Below are positions 20,162 through 29,659 of a stretch of DNA of 64,000 nucleotides, piece by piece. Within the stretch, counting starts at the first letter, position 1. Each line of letters starts with the position of its first letter. Both the position numbers and the translations under genes were made by a program. Under the pieces are notes generated by a model. That model was not told the DNA's origin, searched no databases, and saw only the letters and a list, made by a program, of their open reading frames with translations. The stretch spans positions 37,202 through 101,201 of the forward strand of contig JACQOE010000055.1 of assembly GCA_016202695.1 (NCBI GenBank). The letters run 5' to 3'. Origin of the DNA: Pseudomonadota bacterium. Its GTDB lineage: Bacteria; Pseudomonadota; Alphaproteobacteria; JACQOE01.

Positions 20162-21571
20162 ATGGAGTCGGCCCCCGCCAACCCTACTGCCGGAGAGACC
20201 GGCGCCAGCGCGCGCATCGCCCGCTTCGCCCACGCCACCCGCTACGGCGACATCCCCGAGCGCGTGCTGGAGCTCGGCAAGGCCCACATCCTCGATGCCC
20301 TGGGCCTGAGCCTCGCCGGCGCCGCCTCGCCCGCGGGCCGCATCGCCCGGGAGTATGTCGCCGGCCTCGGCTGCACGGCCGGCGCCGCCAGCGTGCTGGG
20401 CTCCGCCCTTCGCACCGCGCCCCGCTTCGCCGCCTTCGCCAACGGGGTGGCGATCCACGCCCACGACTACGACGACACCAATCCCCAGCACCGGCCCGAG
20501 CGCAACGGCGGGGTGCACGCGAGCGGGGCGGTGATCGCGGCCGCGCTCGCGGCGGCCGAGCCCGCGGGCCGGTCGGGACGCGAGGTGGCCGAAGCCTTCC
20601 ACGTCGGGGTCGAGGTCGCCTGCCGGCTCAATCACGCCGTCGCCACGCGCCACTACGACGGCGGGTTCCACGCCACCGGCACGATCAACGTGTTCGGCAC
20701 CGCCATGGCGGTGGGCAAGCTGATCGGCCTCGATCCGGAGCGCCTCAGGGTCGCCCTCGGCCTCGCCGCCAGCCAGTCGAGCGGGGTGCGCGAGAACTTC
20801 GGGACCATGACCAAGCCGTTCCACTCCGGCCACGCGGCCGAGTGCGGAACGGTCGCGGCCGAGCTCGCCGGGCGCGGCTTCACCGCCGCGACCCATGCGC
20901 TCGAGGCGCCGCGGGGATTCTTCGCCGCGGCGGCGGGCGGATTCGATCCGGCGCCGATCGCCGGCCTCGGCAATCCGTGGGCGTTCGTCGATCCGGGGAT
21001 GTGGATCAAGCCGCACCCCTGCGGCGCGCTCACCCATCCGGCGATGGGCCTAGTCGGCGAGCTGGCGCGCACCCACGGCATCGAGCCGGAGGCGGTGAGG
21101 CGGGTGCGGGTGAGCACCAACGACAAGATCGCCAACATCCTCCTCCACAACCGCCCGCGGACTTGGCTCGAGGCCAAGTTCAGCATGCCGTTCTGCGTCG
21201 CCATCATCCTGGTGCGGGGGCGCGCCGGACTGGCCGAGTTCACCGACGAGGTGGTCAACGCGCCCGAGGTGCGGCGCATGATCGACAGGGTCGAGTACCT
21301 GCCCTACTCGCGAATCGAGCCCGGTTACACCAACACCACCACCTTCGTCGAGATCGCGCTCACCGACGGCCGGACGGTCTCGGGCCGGGTGGACTATCCC
21401 AAGGGAAGCCCCCATGATCCGATGAGCTTCGAGGAGGTGGCGGGGAAGTTCCGCGACTGCGCCGACTACGCCCGCTGGCCCAAGGAGCGGACCGAGGGCG
21501 CCATCGCCGCGATCCGGCGGCTGGATGCGCTCGCCGACATCCGCGAGATGACCGCGCTCCTTTCGGACTGA
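20162..21571 (+). CDS. MmgE/PrpD family protein, paralog 2
   Basis: Start at ATG 20162 (GGAGGA RBS). Motifs HAHDYDD and FGTMTKPFHSGHAA. Confidence 0.85.
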   Translation: MESAPANPTAGETGASARIARFAHATRYGDIPERVLELGKAHILDALGLSLAGAASPAGRIAREYVAGLGCTAGAASVLGSALRTAPRFAAFANGVAIHAHDYDDTNPQHRPERNGGVHASGAVIAAALAAAEPAGRSGREVAEAFHVGVEVACRLNHAVATRHYDGGFHATGTINVFGTAMAVGKLIGLDPERLRVALGLAASQSSGVRENFGTMTKPFHSGHAAECGTVAAELAGRGFTAATHALEAPRGFFAAAAGGFDPAPIAGLGNPWAFVDPGMWIKPHPCGALTHPAMGLVGELARTHGIEPEAVRRVRVSTNDKIANILLHNRPRTWLEAKFSMPFCVAIILVRGRAGLAEFTDEVVNAPEVRRMIDRVEYLPYSRIEPGYTNTTTFVEIALTDGRTVSGRVDYPKGSPHDPMSFEEVAGKFRDCADYARWPKERTEGAIAAIRRLDALADIREMTALLSD

Positions 21572-21639
21572 CGGCGGGAGGCGGGAGGCGAAGGGCCGAT
21601 CGCGCGGCAGGAGGCGCACCAGAGCGGGGAGGCAAAGCC

Positions 21640-21828
21640 ATGGCATCGGTTGTCACGAATACCCAGTCCCCGGCGGTGGACGCGCCGGGCCGGCCGGAGG
21701 TCGCCGCGATCGCCCTCTCGGTCGGCCTCGGGCTCGCGGTCCTGTTCGTCGCCGGATTCGCCGGCCCGGAGATCCTGCACACGGTCGCCCACGACGGGCG
21801 CCACGCCCTTTCCTTCCCCTGTCACTGA
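21640..21828 (+). CDS. cbtB: Cobalt transporter subunit CbtB
   Basis: 62 aa, single TM, C-terminal HDGRHALSFPCH signature. Immediately followed by cbtA. Confidence 0.8.
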   Translation: MASVVTNTQSPAVDAPGRPEVAAIALSVGLGLAVLFVAGFAGPEILHTVAHDGRHALSFPCH

Positions 21829-21837
21829 GGGGCGGCC

Positions 21838-22509
21838 ATGCTGCGGCGGATCGTGCTCGCGGCCGCCGCCGCGGGCGTGCTCGCCGGGCTCCTCCTCACG
21901 CTCGTCCAGCACTGGCAGGTGATCCCGCTGATCCGCGAGGCGGAAACCTACGAGGCCGGCACCGCCGCGGCCGCCGCCAAGGCCGGTGCGGCCGTCCGGT
22001 TCGTCGCCGAGGCCGCCGGCGGGGGATGGGCGCGGGCGGCGCTGGCCCTGCTCATGAACGTCGCCGTCGGGATCGGCGGCGGGCTCGTCCTCTCGGCCCT
22101 CATCGCGCTTCGCGGCGGGGCCGGCTGGCGCGAGGGGCTCATCTGGGGAGGGGCGGCCTTCGCCGCCCTGTCGCTGGCGCCCGCCCTCGGCCTTCCACCT
22201 GAGCTTCCGGGCGCGGTCGCCGCCGGGCTTCCCGCCCGCCAGCTCTGGTGGCTCGCGGCTGCGGCCTCGACCGCGGTCGGGCTCGCGCTCCTCGCCTTCG
22301 CCCGGCCCCGACTCGTGAAGGCGGCGGGGGCGCTCGCGCTCGCCGTGCCGCACGCGATCGGCGCCCCCGCGCCCGGGGGCGGGGCCGGCCTCGCGCCCCC
22401 CGAGCTGGTGGCGCGCTTCGCCGTCGCCTCGCTCTTCGCCGCGGCCGTGTTCTGGGTCGCGCTCGGCGCGCTCTGCGGCCATTTCTGGCGGAGGCTGGGG
22501 AGGAGCTGA
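21838..22509 (+). CDS. cbtA: Cobalt transporter subunit CbtA
   Basis: 223-aa polytopic membrane protein with N-terminus MLRRIVLAAAAAGVLAGLLLTLVQHWQVIPLIREAETYE typical of CbtA. Confidence 0.8.
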   Translation: MLRRIVLAAAAAGVLAGLLLTLVQHWQVIPLIREAETYEAGTAAAAAKAGAAVRFVAEAAGGGWARAALALLMNVAVGIGGGLVLSALIALRGGAGWREGLIWGGAAFAALSLAPALGLPPELPGAVAAGLPARQLWWLAAAASTAVGLALLAFARPRLVKAAGALALAVPHAIGAPAPGGGAGLAPPELVARFAVASLFAAAVFWVALGALCGHFWRRLGRS

Positions 22510-22552
22510 GCCGGCCGAGGGAGCGGGCGAGGAAAGGGCCCGGCCCCGGCCT

Positions 22553-23470
22553 TCATCCCCGTCCCGGGCCGTCGAGGACGTCAAGAAGGAGCGCGTCGAA
22601 CCGCCCGGCCGCCTCGTACGGCACCCAGTGTCCCACCCCGGCCATCACCTGCACCCGCGCCCCGGGCTGGACCCCCCGGAGCACCCCGGCGCAGGCCGCG
22701 TGCCGGCTCCGCATGAACACGTCGTGCTCGCCCCAGATGGCGGTGATCGGTGCCGCAACAGCGGGAAGCGCGCGCCCGAGCGCGCCGGTCTGGCCGAGCT
22801 TCAGGCTGTTGAGCCGGGCCCGCCGGGTGTTCTCCGCCTGGAGATGGACCGCCAGGTCGTCGATGCGCGACGGATCGGCGATCATGAGCGCGGCGAGGTT
22901 GTGGCGATGCGCCGCCGCGACCTCCGACGCCGGCATGTCGGGGGACCAGCGGCGCGGCTTGGGGGTGGGCTCGGCCGGAACCTCGAAGCTCTGCGCCCCC
23001 GCCCCGATGATGACCAAGGAGCGCAGTCGCCGCCCCAGCCGCGTCGCCGCCTGGGCGCCGAGGATGGCCCCGGCCGAGAACCCGGCGAGAGGAAATCCGG
23101 ATTCGCCGGCCAGAACCTCCGCCAGGCCCTCGGCGAGGATGCGGCCGAGATTCTCGGGCGAGGGATCCTCCGCCGGAGCGTCGGAGTCGCCATAGGCCGG
23201 AAGGTCGGGCACGACCAGGCGGAACCGGGCGGCGAGCGCCCGGATGTTGCGGATCCAGTGCGTCCATGACCCATAGCCGCCGTGCAGCAGCACCAGCGGC
23301 GGGCCCTCGCCCCAGAGGCGCCAGACGAGGCGCCGGCCGCCGTCGAATCGCGTCTCGCGCGGTTGCGCTTCGGCCTCGATACGGGCGACGATCTCGGTCA
23401 CCGGCTCGCCGGGCCGAATCGGCGAGGCCGCAAGGCGATCCCCGGTACCGGCCGCGCAATGCATGTCCAC
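22553..23470 (-). CDS. Alpha/beta-fold hydrolase
   Basis: LVLLHGGYGSW oxyanion region and GFSAGA nucleophile elbow. Last gene downstream of the molybdoenzyme operon. Exact start uncertain. Confidence 0.75.
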   Translation of the reverse strand: MDMHCAAGTGDRLAASPIRPGEPVTEIVARIEAEAQPRETRFDGGRRLVWRLWGEGPPLVLLHGGYGSWTHWIRNIRALAARFRLVVPDLPAYGDSDAPAEDPSPENLGRILAEGLAEVLAGESGFPLAGFSAGAILGAQAATRLGRRLRSLVIIGAGAQSFEVPAEPTPKPRRWSPDMPASEVAAAHRHNLAALMIADPSRIDDLAVHLQAENTRRARLNSLKLGQTGALGRALPAVAAPITAIWGEHDVFMRSRHAACAGVLRGVQPGARVQVMAGVGHWVPYEAAGRFDALLLDVLDGPGRG

Positions 23471-23498
23471 CGTCGGGCGCTCCCGCCGTCCTTCGCGC

Positions 23499-25187
23499 CT
23501 ACGGCCGGCGCGAGCCGTCGGCGCCCCGCGGGCGGACGATGGTCATGGCGTCGAGGGTCGTGCGGGACCGGCACTCGGGGCAGGTGTAGAGGCGCCGGAG
23601 CGCCTCCTTGCCGAAGTCCGTCCGCTCGCCGAGCCGCCGCGCGATCGACTCGAGCATGGCGCGCGGCAGGAATGGCCTGCCGCATTCGGCGCACCGCGCC
23701 ATCGCCTCCTCGCCGAGCGCGTTCAGCGGGCGGGCGCGGCGCCGCTCCTCGCCGGCGACGAGGAGCCGCGGCCGGAGCGCGATCGCCCGTTCCGGGCAGC
23801 CGCGTGCGCAGAGCCCGCACTGCACGCACGCCTCCTCGGTGAACAGGAGCTCGGTTTCCCTGGCCCCCGCCTGGATCGCGCCGGTCGGGCAGAGCCGCGC
23901 GCAGGCGAGGCACATGGTGCAGGCCGCACGATCGACGACGATCTCGCCCAAAGGCGCGCCCGCGGCCAGCTCCGGCGCTTCCCCCCGCGGTTCGCCGCGC
24001 AGGGCGAGATGATCGAGCGCGAACATGAGCGTCGGCCGCTTGTCGTCGAGCGCGGCGAACCCGGCGGCGGCGGTGGCTTGCGGCCGTGGACCCGGGCCGG
24101 CCGCCGGCGGCCCGTCGTCGGGCGCCACGAGGCGCACCCGCCCGGCCTCGTCGCCGAGGCGTTCGAGCAGCTCGCGCGCGATCCTAGCCTGGCCCTCGAC
24201 CGCCGCACGGGCCGTCGCGGGCATCGAGGAGGAAGGCCCGAGCCAGACCTCGGCCGCCCCCCAGGCGAGCGCGGCGAGCCAGGTCTCGATCCCGACCGCG
24301 GCCAGCGATCGCACGGCGACGGGAACGACACTCGTGCCGGGCCCGCCCGGCTCCGCCCGCTCGCCCGGCTCGTGGAACAGGATGACGGGATCGGCGGCTC
24401 CGGCCTCGCGATAGGCCACGAGCGAGGCACGCACGGCCTCGCGGATCGCGCCCGGGCCGGGGAACGTGGAGACGAGCGCGCCGGTGGGGCAAACCGCTGC
24501 GCACGAGGCGCAGCCCTGGCAGAGATGATAGTTGACCTCGATCCTGCCGCCGGCCGAGCCCAGCGCCCCGGCGGGGCAGACGGAGAGGCAGTTGCCGCAC
24601 CCCTCCACCCCCTGGCGCGCGTGGACGCAGATGTCGTCTCGGTAGCGCACGTAGCGGGGCTTCTCAAGGCCGGCGCGGAAGCCCGGAAGGTCGGCCCGCA
24701 CGCGCGCGACCACGTCGTCGTCCGGGCCGGCCCGGTAGTAGCCGAACGGCAGCACCTCGGACGTGAGCAATGGATCGGCGGCGGCGTCGATCACGATGTC
24801 GAAGGCGCCCTCGCCGCCGGGACTGAAGGGGCCCAGGTCGACCGGCCCGTCGCGCCCCGCCGCCTCGGCCCTGAAGGCGCCGAGGTGGCCCGAAAGCCCG
24901 ATCACCCTCCCCCGGATCAGCCGCAGGCCGGCCGGGCCGGAAACCTCGCCCCGCCGCCCGCCGACCACGGCGACGACGCGAAGCTCGGAAGCAAGCCGCC
25001 CCATCTCGCCGAGGAGCCGCCGTTCGGGATCGACGAGCAGGAGGGTGCCGCGGAAGGGATAGACGAGCGTTTGCGGCTCCGCCGGCCGGACATCGGCGAG
25101 GACGGCGAGCGCCGCCTGCCGCGCCGCCTCGGCGCGCGTTTCGCGATCTCCCTCCCCTCGGGGCGGGCAGGGGCTCGGGGCCGTCAT
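23499..25187 (-). CDS. Cytoplasmic poly-ferredoxin: four CxxCxxCxxxCP [4Fe-4S] motifs plus a C-terminal CxxC...CxxC ribbon
   Basis: CGNCLSVCPAG, CQGCASCAAVCPTG, CTMCLACARLCPTG, CVQCGLCARGCPER, then CAECG...CPECR. No signal peptide. 562 aa. Confidence 0.75.
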   Translation of the reverse strand: MTAPSPCPPRGEGDRETRAEAARQAALAVLADVRPAEPQTLVYPFRGTLLLVDPERRLLGEMGRLASELRVVAVVGGRRGEVSGPAGLRLIRGRVIGLSGHLGAFRAEAAGRDGPVDLGPFSPGGEGAFDIVIDAAADPLLTSEVLPFGYYRAGPDDDVVARVRADLPGFRAGLEKPRYVRYRDDICVHARQGVEGCGNCLSVCPAGALGSAGGRIEVNYHLCQGCASCAAVCPTGALVSTFPGPGAIREAVRASLVAYREAGAADPVILFHEPGERAEPGGPGTSVVPVAVRSLAAVGIETWLAALAWGAAEVWLGPSSSMPATARAAVEGQARIARELLERLGDEAGRVRLVAPDDGPPAAGPGPRPQATAAAGFAALDDKRPTLMFALDHLALRGEPRGEAPELAAGAPLGEIVVDRAACTMCLACARLCPTGAIQAGARETELLFTEEACVQCGLCARGCPERAIALRPRLLVAGEERRRARPLNALGEEAMARCAECGRPFLPRAMLESIARRLGERTDFGKEALRRLYTCPECRSRTTLDAMTIVRPRGADGSRRP

Positions 25188-25218
25188 GGCGCACCCCTAG
25201 CGCGGCGGCGCCGCGATT

Positions 25219-25890
25219 TCAAGGGAGGCCGAAGCGGGCCAGGACCCCGCGCACCGTCTCGGCGTCGAGGCTCACCTCCTGCCCGGCTAGCGACGCGATC
25301 GCGGCGTAGGCCGGCTCGCGGCTCTCCTTTGCCAGCACCCGGCAATAGTCGGGAACCCACCGCAGGAGGTGCTCATCGAGGAAGCGCCGCTCCCGCCCGA
25401 GGATCACGACCGCCTCGCGGCTCGTGCCCGTGTCCCACGCCGAGCCCTCGTCGAAGCAGAGCATCGACATGAACCTGAGCTCGGCGCCGATGTGGTCCTG
25501 CGGCCCCAGGGCGGAGTCGATGGTGCCGAAGCCGGCCTCGTTATAGGCCCGCATCACGGCGAGCGTGGTCTCGCCCATGAGGCGCGACTCCCGATGCACG
25601 GATTCGTAGGGCGGCGCCGGCCCGTGGCCCTCCTTCAGACCCCGGAAGAGACGCGTGTACTCGACCGCGAGGCGCGCGGCCAGCCCCGCCGGGTCGCCGC
25701 CGCCGAGCGCGAGCCTGAGTGCGGCAAGATCGCCCGAGAGCGGTTCCCGCCCGGCAGGCGCGCCGGCCCGCATCGCCCCCCGCAACTCGATCACCAACGC
25801 CTCGTCCGGCGGCGTGGCGAACAGCCGGGCGAGAAGCCAGTAGTTCTGGCTCCGCGAGCGGGCGAGCGCGGCGAGCGAGGCCGGCTCCAC
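25219..25890 (-). CDS. TorD/DmsD-family redox-enzyme maturation chaperone
   Basis: 223 aa, YWLLARLF...EYTRLF...PYESVH...DHIGAELRFM motifs. GTG start overlaps the cytochrome stop by 1 nt (TAGTG). Confidence 0.8.
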   Translation of the reverse strand: MEPASLAALARSRSQNYWLLARLFATPPDEALVIELRGAMRAGAPAGREPLSGDLAALRLALGGGDPAGLAARLAVEYTRLFRGLKEGHGPAPPYESVHRESRLMGETTLAVMRAYNEAGFGTIDSALGPQDHIGAELRFMSMLCFDEGSAWDTGTSREAVVILGRERRFLDEHLLRWVPDYCRVLAKESREPAYAAIASLAGQEVSLDAETVRGVLARFGLP

Positions 25891-26270
25891 TACCTAGTCG
25901 CCCGCCCGACGTACCAGGTCGAGCCGATCCCCCCGGTCGCGTGGCAGGAGAGGCAGGCGCCGCGGTCGATTTCGCCACCCGCGCGCTTAAGGAGGCGCTC
26001 CTCCTTGCGCAGCAGCAGGTAATCGGGCTGATAGTTCCGGCCCGTATGACACGAAGAGCATTCGCTCATGCCCAGCGTCTCGATGTGGATCACATGGAAG
26101 CGCGCCTTCGTGTCGCTGGCGTCGTACTTCCTGCCGACGTCGACCTTGCCCTCGCGGATCGCCGTCGCGAGGTCCTGGAGCCTGGCCGGGGCCGGGACCG
26201 GGGCCTGCTGGGCCAGCGCCACCCCGGCCAATCCGGCGAGGAGGAGGCCGGCGAAGAGGAGCCTAGTCAT
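25890..26270 (-). CDS. Small periplasmic dihaem c-type cytochrome (c3/c7-like)
   Basis: Sec signal MTRLLFAGLLLAGLAGVALAQQ. Two CxxCH sites (CSSCH, CLSCH) with an upstream FHVIH. Its ATG overlaps the FeS-subunit stop by 1 nt (TGATG). Confidence 0.75.
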   Translation of the reverse strand: MTRLLFAGLLLAGLAGVALAQQAPVPAPARLQDLATAIREGKVDVGRKYDASDTKARFHVIHIETLGMSECSSCHTGRNYQPDYLLLRKEERLLKRAGGEIDRGACLSCHATGGIGSTWYVGRATR

Positions 26271-26959
26271 CAGTAGTCACCTCCTTCGAGCACGTAATAG
26301 ACCTGCGGACGGGTGCCGAACTCCTTCTTGATCTGGGTCGCCTTCTTGGCGCCGATGCGCCTGGCGACCTCGCTCCTGGGGTCGTCGATGTCGCCGAAGA
26401 AGCGGGCGTTGACCGGGCAGACGACATCGCAGCTCGGCGTGTACTGGTGGTCCTTCCCCACCCGATCCTCCTTGCCGTCGGCGATCGCCTGCTCGATCTT
26501 GTGCCAGCAGAAGGTGCACTTCTCGACCACGTTGGCCTTCTTGCGGTGGGTCGGGTGCCGGTCCGCGACCGCCACCTGCTCATAGGGAACGCGGGCCGCG
26601 CCCGGATAGAGCGGTTCGACGCTCTTGTTGAACTGCGGCACCCCGTAGGGACACACCGCCGCGCAGTACTGGCAGCCGATGCACTTCTCGTAGTCGATGA
26701 GGACGACCCCGTAGCGGTTCTTGGTGATCGCCTTCACCCCGATCGCGTCGCACACCTTCTGGCAGGGCGGCTCCTCGCAGTGCATGCAGTTCATGGTGGC
26801 GAACACCTTGCGGGTGTTCGGGTAGGTCCCCACCTCGTGCTCCACCATCACGTTCCAGGCCGAGCCGGGCGTGTAGTAATTCTCGACCTGGCAGGCGGCG
26901 ACGCAGGAGCGGCAGCCCATGCACCGTTCCATGTCGATCAGGCGAACGTATCTGGCCAT
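26270..26959 (-). CDS. Four-cluster [Fe-S] electron-transfer subunit (DmsB/PsrB-like)
   Basis: 229 aa with Cys groups CMGCRSCVAAC, CMHCEEPPCQKVC, CIGCQYCAAVCPYG, CTFCWH...CDVVCP. Confidence 0.85.
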   Translation of the reverse strand: MARYVRLIDMERCMGCRSCVAACQVENYYTPGSAWNVMVEHEVGTYPNTRKVFATMNCMHCEEPPCQKVCDAIGVKAITKNRYGVVLIDYEKCIGCQYCAAVCPYGVPQFNKSVEPLYPGAARVPYEQVAVADRHPTHRKKANVVEKCTFCWHKIEQAIADGKEDRVGKDHQYTPSCDVVCPVNARFFGDIDDPRSEVARRIGAKKATQIKKEFGTRPQVYYVLEGGDY

Positions 26960-26974
26960 TGGGGATCCTCCCTA

Positions 26975-29563
26975 TCAGGCCTTGTAGACCTTGCACTTGG
27001 TGTCGTTGAAGCTGTTGTGCCCGGAGACGACATCCGGGTGCAGCTCCAGCACCGAGTTGATCCAGGTGCCCTTGCGCGCGCGCTCGGGAAGCCCGGTCGA
27101 CCACTGCCCATAGTGGTACGAGACGGTCACGGTGTCGGGCCTCACGCCCTCGCTCAACATCGCGCGCCCCGAGACCTTGCCGACGCGGGTCTCGATCGTC
27201 ACCGCATCCTCGTCGGCGATCCCCAGCTCCTTGGCCTTGGTCCGGTTGATGACGACGAAGTTCTCGTCGAAGTCGGCGCCGAGCGCGTTCAGGATCGGGT
27301 TGGTCGCCGTGTTTCCCGACTGGTTGCGGTTCATCCGCTTGTGGGTGACGAGGTAGAAGGGATAGTCCCTGGCCTCGAGGTGCGGCGTCGGGAACGCGTG
27401 CTCGCGCCGCGGCAGCGGCGAGAGCGCGAGGGCGTAGGCCTTGAGGTCGATGTTCTTGATCCCGTGCTTGGCGACGGTCTCCTTTATGTTCTTGAGGCTG
27501 CCGACGAGCTGCTCGGCGTACAGGAACATCTTCGGCTTGTCCGGCCCCTTGAACTCGTGCTCCACGCCCTTGAGGTAGATGTCCTCGCTCTTGAGCTTCT
27601 TGCCGACGAAGGCGTGCTCGAGGGCGTAGTCGAACTCCTTGCCGCCCGACTTTTCCTTCCAGGCGCGCTCGACGAACTCGCGGGCCGAGTAGTCCTGTCC
27701 CGCCTGGAGCGGGAACTTCTTCAGGCCCCACTGCTTGTTGATGTTGTCGATGTAGGCGTCGCGGATACCTAGCCGCTTCGCCAACTCCCAGAGGATCGTG
27801 TAGGCGTCGTGGGGCAGGTTGAAGACGTTCGCCATCGGCTGGCGGATCGCCACGTGCTTGCGGTCGATCGTGCCCCGGGTCGGCGAGAGGTGCCAGGACT
27901 CGAGATAGGTGAGGTCGGGGAGCACGATGTCCGCCATGTGGGCGGTCTCGCTCATGACGATGTCGATGACCACGTTGAAGGTCTTCTTGAGCGACTCGAC
28001 CTGCTTCAGTCCCTCGGAGGTCGAGAACGGCCGGTTGGTGGCATAGAAGATCTGCATCTCCGGCACGTACCCGAGCCCGAAGGCCTTGGGGTCGAGCATC
28101 GTCACCGCCACCTGCTGGCAGACGTCGTGGGTCGCGTGCGGGAAGTAGACGCTGGCGTTGAGGTCCACCCGCTTCGGCGGGTACTCGGCCTTCGAGGGCT
28201 CAAGGTACTTCGGCTGATGATAGACCCCGCTCAGGTTGATGCCACCGACGGCGTCGATCGAGCCGACCAGCATCTGCACGATCAGGCCCGCCCGCCAGTT
28301 CTGCACCCCGAACTGCTTGGCCGCCAACCCGCGGAAGGTATGGACGGCCACGGGCCGGTAACGGAGGACATGCCCATCGACGACGACGGTCGCCCCGATC
28401 CGGGCCTGCCGGCCGAACTCGAGGGCGAGCCTCTTCACCGTCTCCGCCGGAACGTCCGCCACCTCCTCGACGTACTCCGGGGTGATGCCCTGGAGGCTCT
28501 CGACGAACACCTGGAAGGCGGTCTTCGCCGGCTTTCCATCCACGGTGTAGGCGCCCTTGAGGGCGGGAACCACGCCGGCGGTGAACGGCTTGGCGCCGTT
28601 GGAGCCGGTGTCCCACACCAGCGGCTTGCCGTCGCCGGTCTTGAGCACCGCGCCGTCCTCGCCGACCAGGCTCGTGGCGTTGGTGTAGGCGGCAAGGAAC
28701 GGCTCGTCGATGAGCCCCTCGTCGATCAGGATCTTGGCCATGCCGAGGAGGAGCACGACGTCCTTGGCAGGGCGGACCGGGACCCACTCGTCGGCCTTGG
28801 CGGCGCAGTGCGAGAGGCGCGGCTCGACCACCACCACCTTCATCCCCCGCTCCTTGTTGCGGGTGGTCGCCTGGTCGAGCCAGCGCGCCCACTGCTCGCC
28901 CTCGAAGTAGTTGCCGCCGAAGTTGAGCAGCAGGTTGCAGTTGTCGAGGTCGGGAAGGAACCCGTGATAGCCCCAGGTGATCTCGTCGGCCACGTGGCGG
29001 GCGGCCTCGCAGACCGTGGTGCGATGCACGAGGTTGGGGGTGCCGAAGGCGGCGACGAAGGCCTTGGGGAACTGATCGCCGATCAGGTACTTGCCGTGGC
29101 CGTGCTGCCAGATCAGCTTGGCCGGGTTCTCGGCCTTGATCTTCCTGAGCCGCTCGGCGATGGTCGAGAACGCCTCCTCCCACGAGATCTCGACCCAGCG
29201 CGGGTCCTCGCTCATGCCCTTGTTGGGGTTGGTCCGCTTCAGGGGCGCCTTGATGCGGTAAGGGTTGTAGGTGTTGAAGAGGCCCGACACCCCCTTCGGG
29301 CAGATGCCGGCGTTGTAGTACTCGGCGCGCGCGGCATCGGGGTAGATGGCGCGGATCACGCCCTTCTCCATCTTCACCGAGATACCGCAGAAATTGACGC
29401 AGTGCGCACAGGTGGACTTGACATAACGCGCGCCCGCGGGTGCCACGCCCTGGGCCCTGGCCTCGGAGACCGCCGCGGCAATCGCGCCGAGGTCGACGCC
29501 GGCCGCGGCGACGCCCGCGAGCGCGCTCGAGGTCTTGAGGAACTCTCTCCGGCTGATGTGCAT
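26975..29563 (-). CDS. Tat-exported molybdopterin (bis-PGD) oxidoreductase catalytic subunit, Psr/Phs/Ttr/Arr-like; substrate unknown
   Basis: Start at ATG 29563 gives MHISRREFLK, a twin-arginine signal. N-terminal CAHCVNFCG-x28-C [4Fe-4S] motif. Candidate Mo-ligand Cys in HRTTVCEAARH. 862 aa. Confidence 0.85.
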   Translation of the reverse strand: MHISRREFLKTSSALAGVAAAGVDLGAIAAAVSEARAQGVAPAGARYVKSTCAHCVNFCGISVKMEKGVIRAIYPDAARAEYYNAGICPKGVSGLFNTYNPYRIKAPLKRTNPNKGMSEDPRWVEISWEEAFSTIAERLRKIKAENPAKLIWQHGHGKYLIGDQFPKAFVAAFGTPNLVHRTTVCEAARHVADEITWGYHGFLPDLDNCNLLLNFGGNYFEGEQWARWLDQATTRNKERGMKVVVVEPRLSHCAAKADEWVPVRPAKDVVLLLGMAKILIDEGLIDEPFLAAYTNATSLVGEDGAVLKTGDGKPLVWDTGSNGAKPFTAGVVPALKGAYTVDGKPAKTAFQVFVESLQGITPEYVEEVADVPAETVKRLALEFGRQARIGATVVVDGHVLRYRPVAVHTFRGLAAKQFGVQNWRAGLIVQMLVGSIDAVGGINLSGVYHQPKYLEPSKAEYPPKRVDLNASVYFPHATHDVCQQVAVTMLDPKAFGLGYVPEMQIFYATNRPFSTSEGLKQVESLKKTFNVVIDIVMSETAHMADIVLPDLTYLESWHLSPTRGTIDRKHVAIRQPMANVFNLPHDAYTILWELAKRLGIRDAYIDNINKQWGLKKFPLQAGQDYSAREFVERAWKEKSGGKEFDYALEHAFVGKKLKSEDIYLKGVEHEFKGPDKPKMFLYAEQLVGSLKNIKETVAKHGIKNIDLKAYALALSPLPRREHAFPTPHLEARDYPFYLVTHKRMNRNQSGNTATNPILNALGADFDENFVVINRTKAKELGIADEDAVTIETRVGKVSGRAMLSEGVRPDTVTVSYHYGQWSTGLPERARKGTWINSVLELHPDVVSGHNSFNDTKCKVYKA

Positions 29564-29597
29564 CGCTGTCCACTCCCCGGTGGGGGCTAATGTCGCC

Positions 29598-29628
29598 TTA
29601 TTATCCTTAGATCGGATAAGGATATTAG
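29598..29628. promoter_or_regulatory. Operator-like dyad (core TATCCTTA-N7-TAAGGATA) overlapping a -10-like TAATAT upstream of the molybdoenzyme operon
   Basis: Perfect 8-bp arms at 29602..29609 and 29617..29624, read directly. AT-rich island in a GC-rich genome, 35-65 bp upstream of the start codon. Confidence 0.35.
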
Positions 29629-29645
29629 CCTTCGCGGGTGCCGCA

Positions 29646-29659
29646 TTGATGTGGCGCAA
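29646..29659. promoter_or_regulatory. FNR/FixK-like box candidate (TTGAT-N4-CGCAA)
   Basis: One perfect half-site (TTGAT/ATCAA) and one 3-of-5 half-site, about 90 bp upstream of the molybdoenzyme ATG. Spacing to the -10-like hexamer is about 4 nt off the class II ideal. Confidence 0.2.

Noticed and set aside
21572-21639. Expected a cobalamin riboswitch upstream of cbtB.
   Set aside because: The spacer is only 68 nt, far shorter than a B12 riboswitch, and no B12-box-like sequence is visible. Reported as an absence, pending a covariance-model scan.
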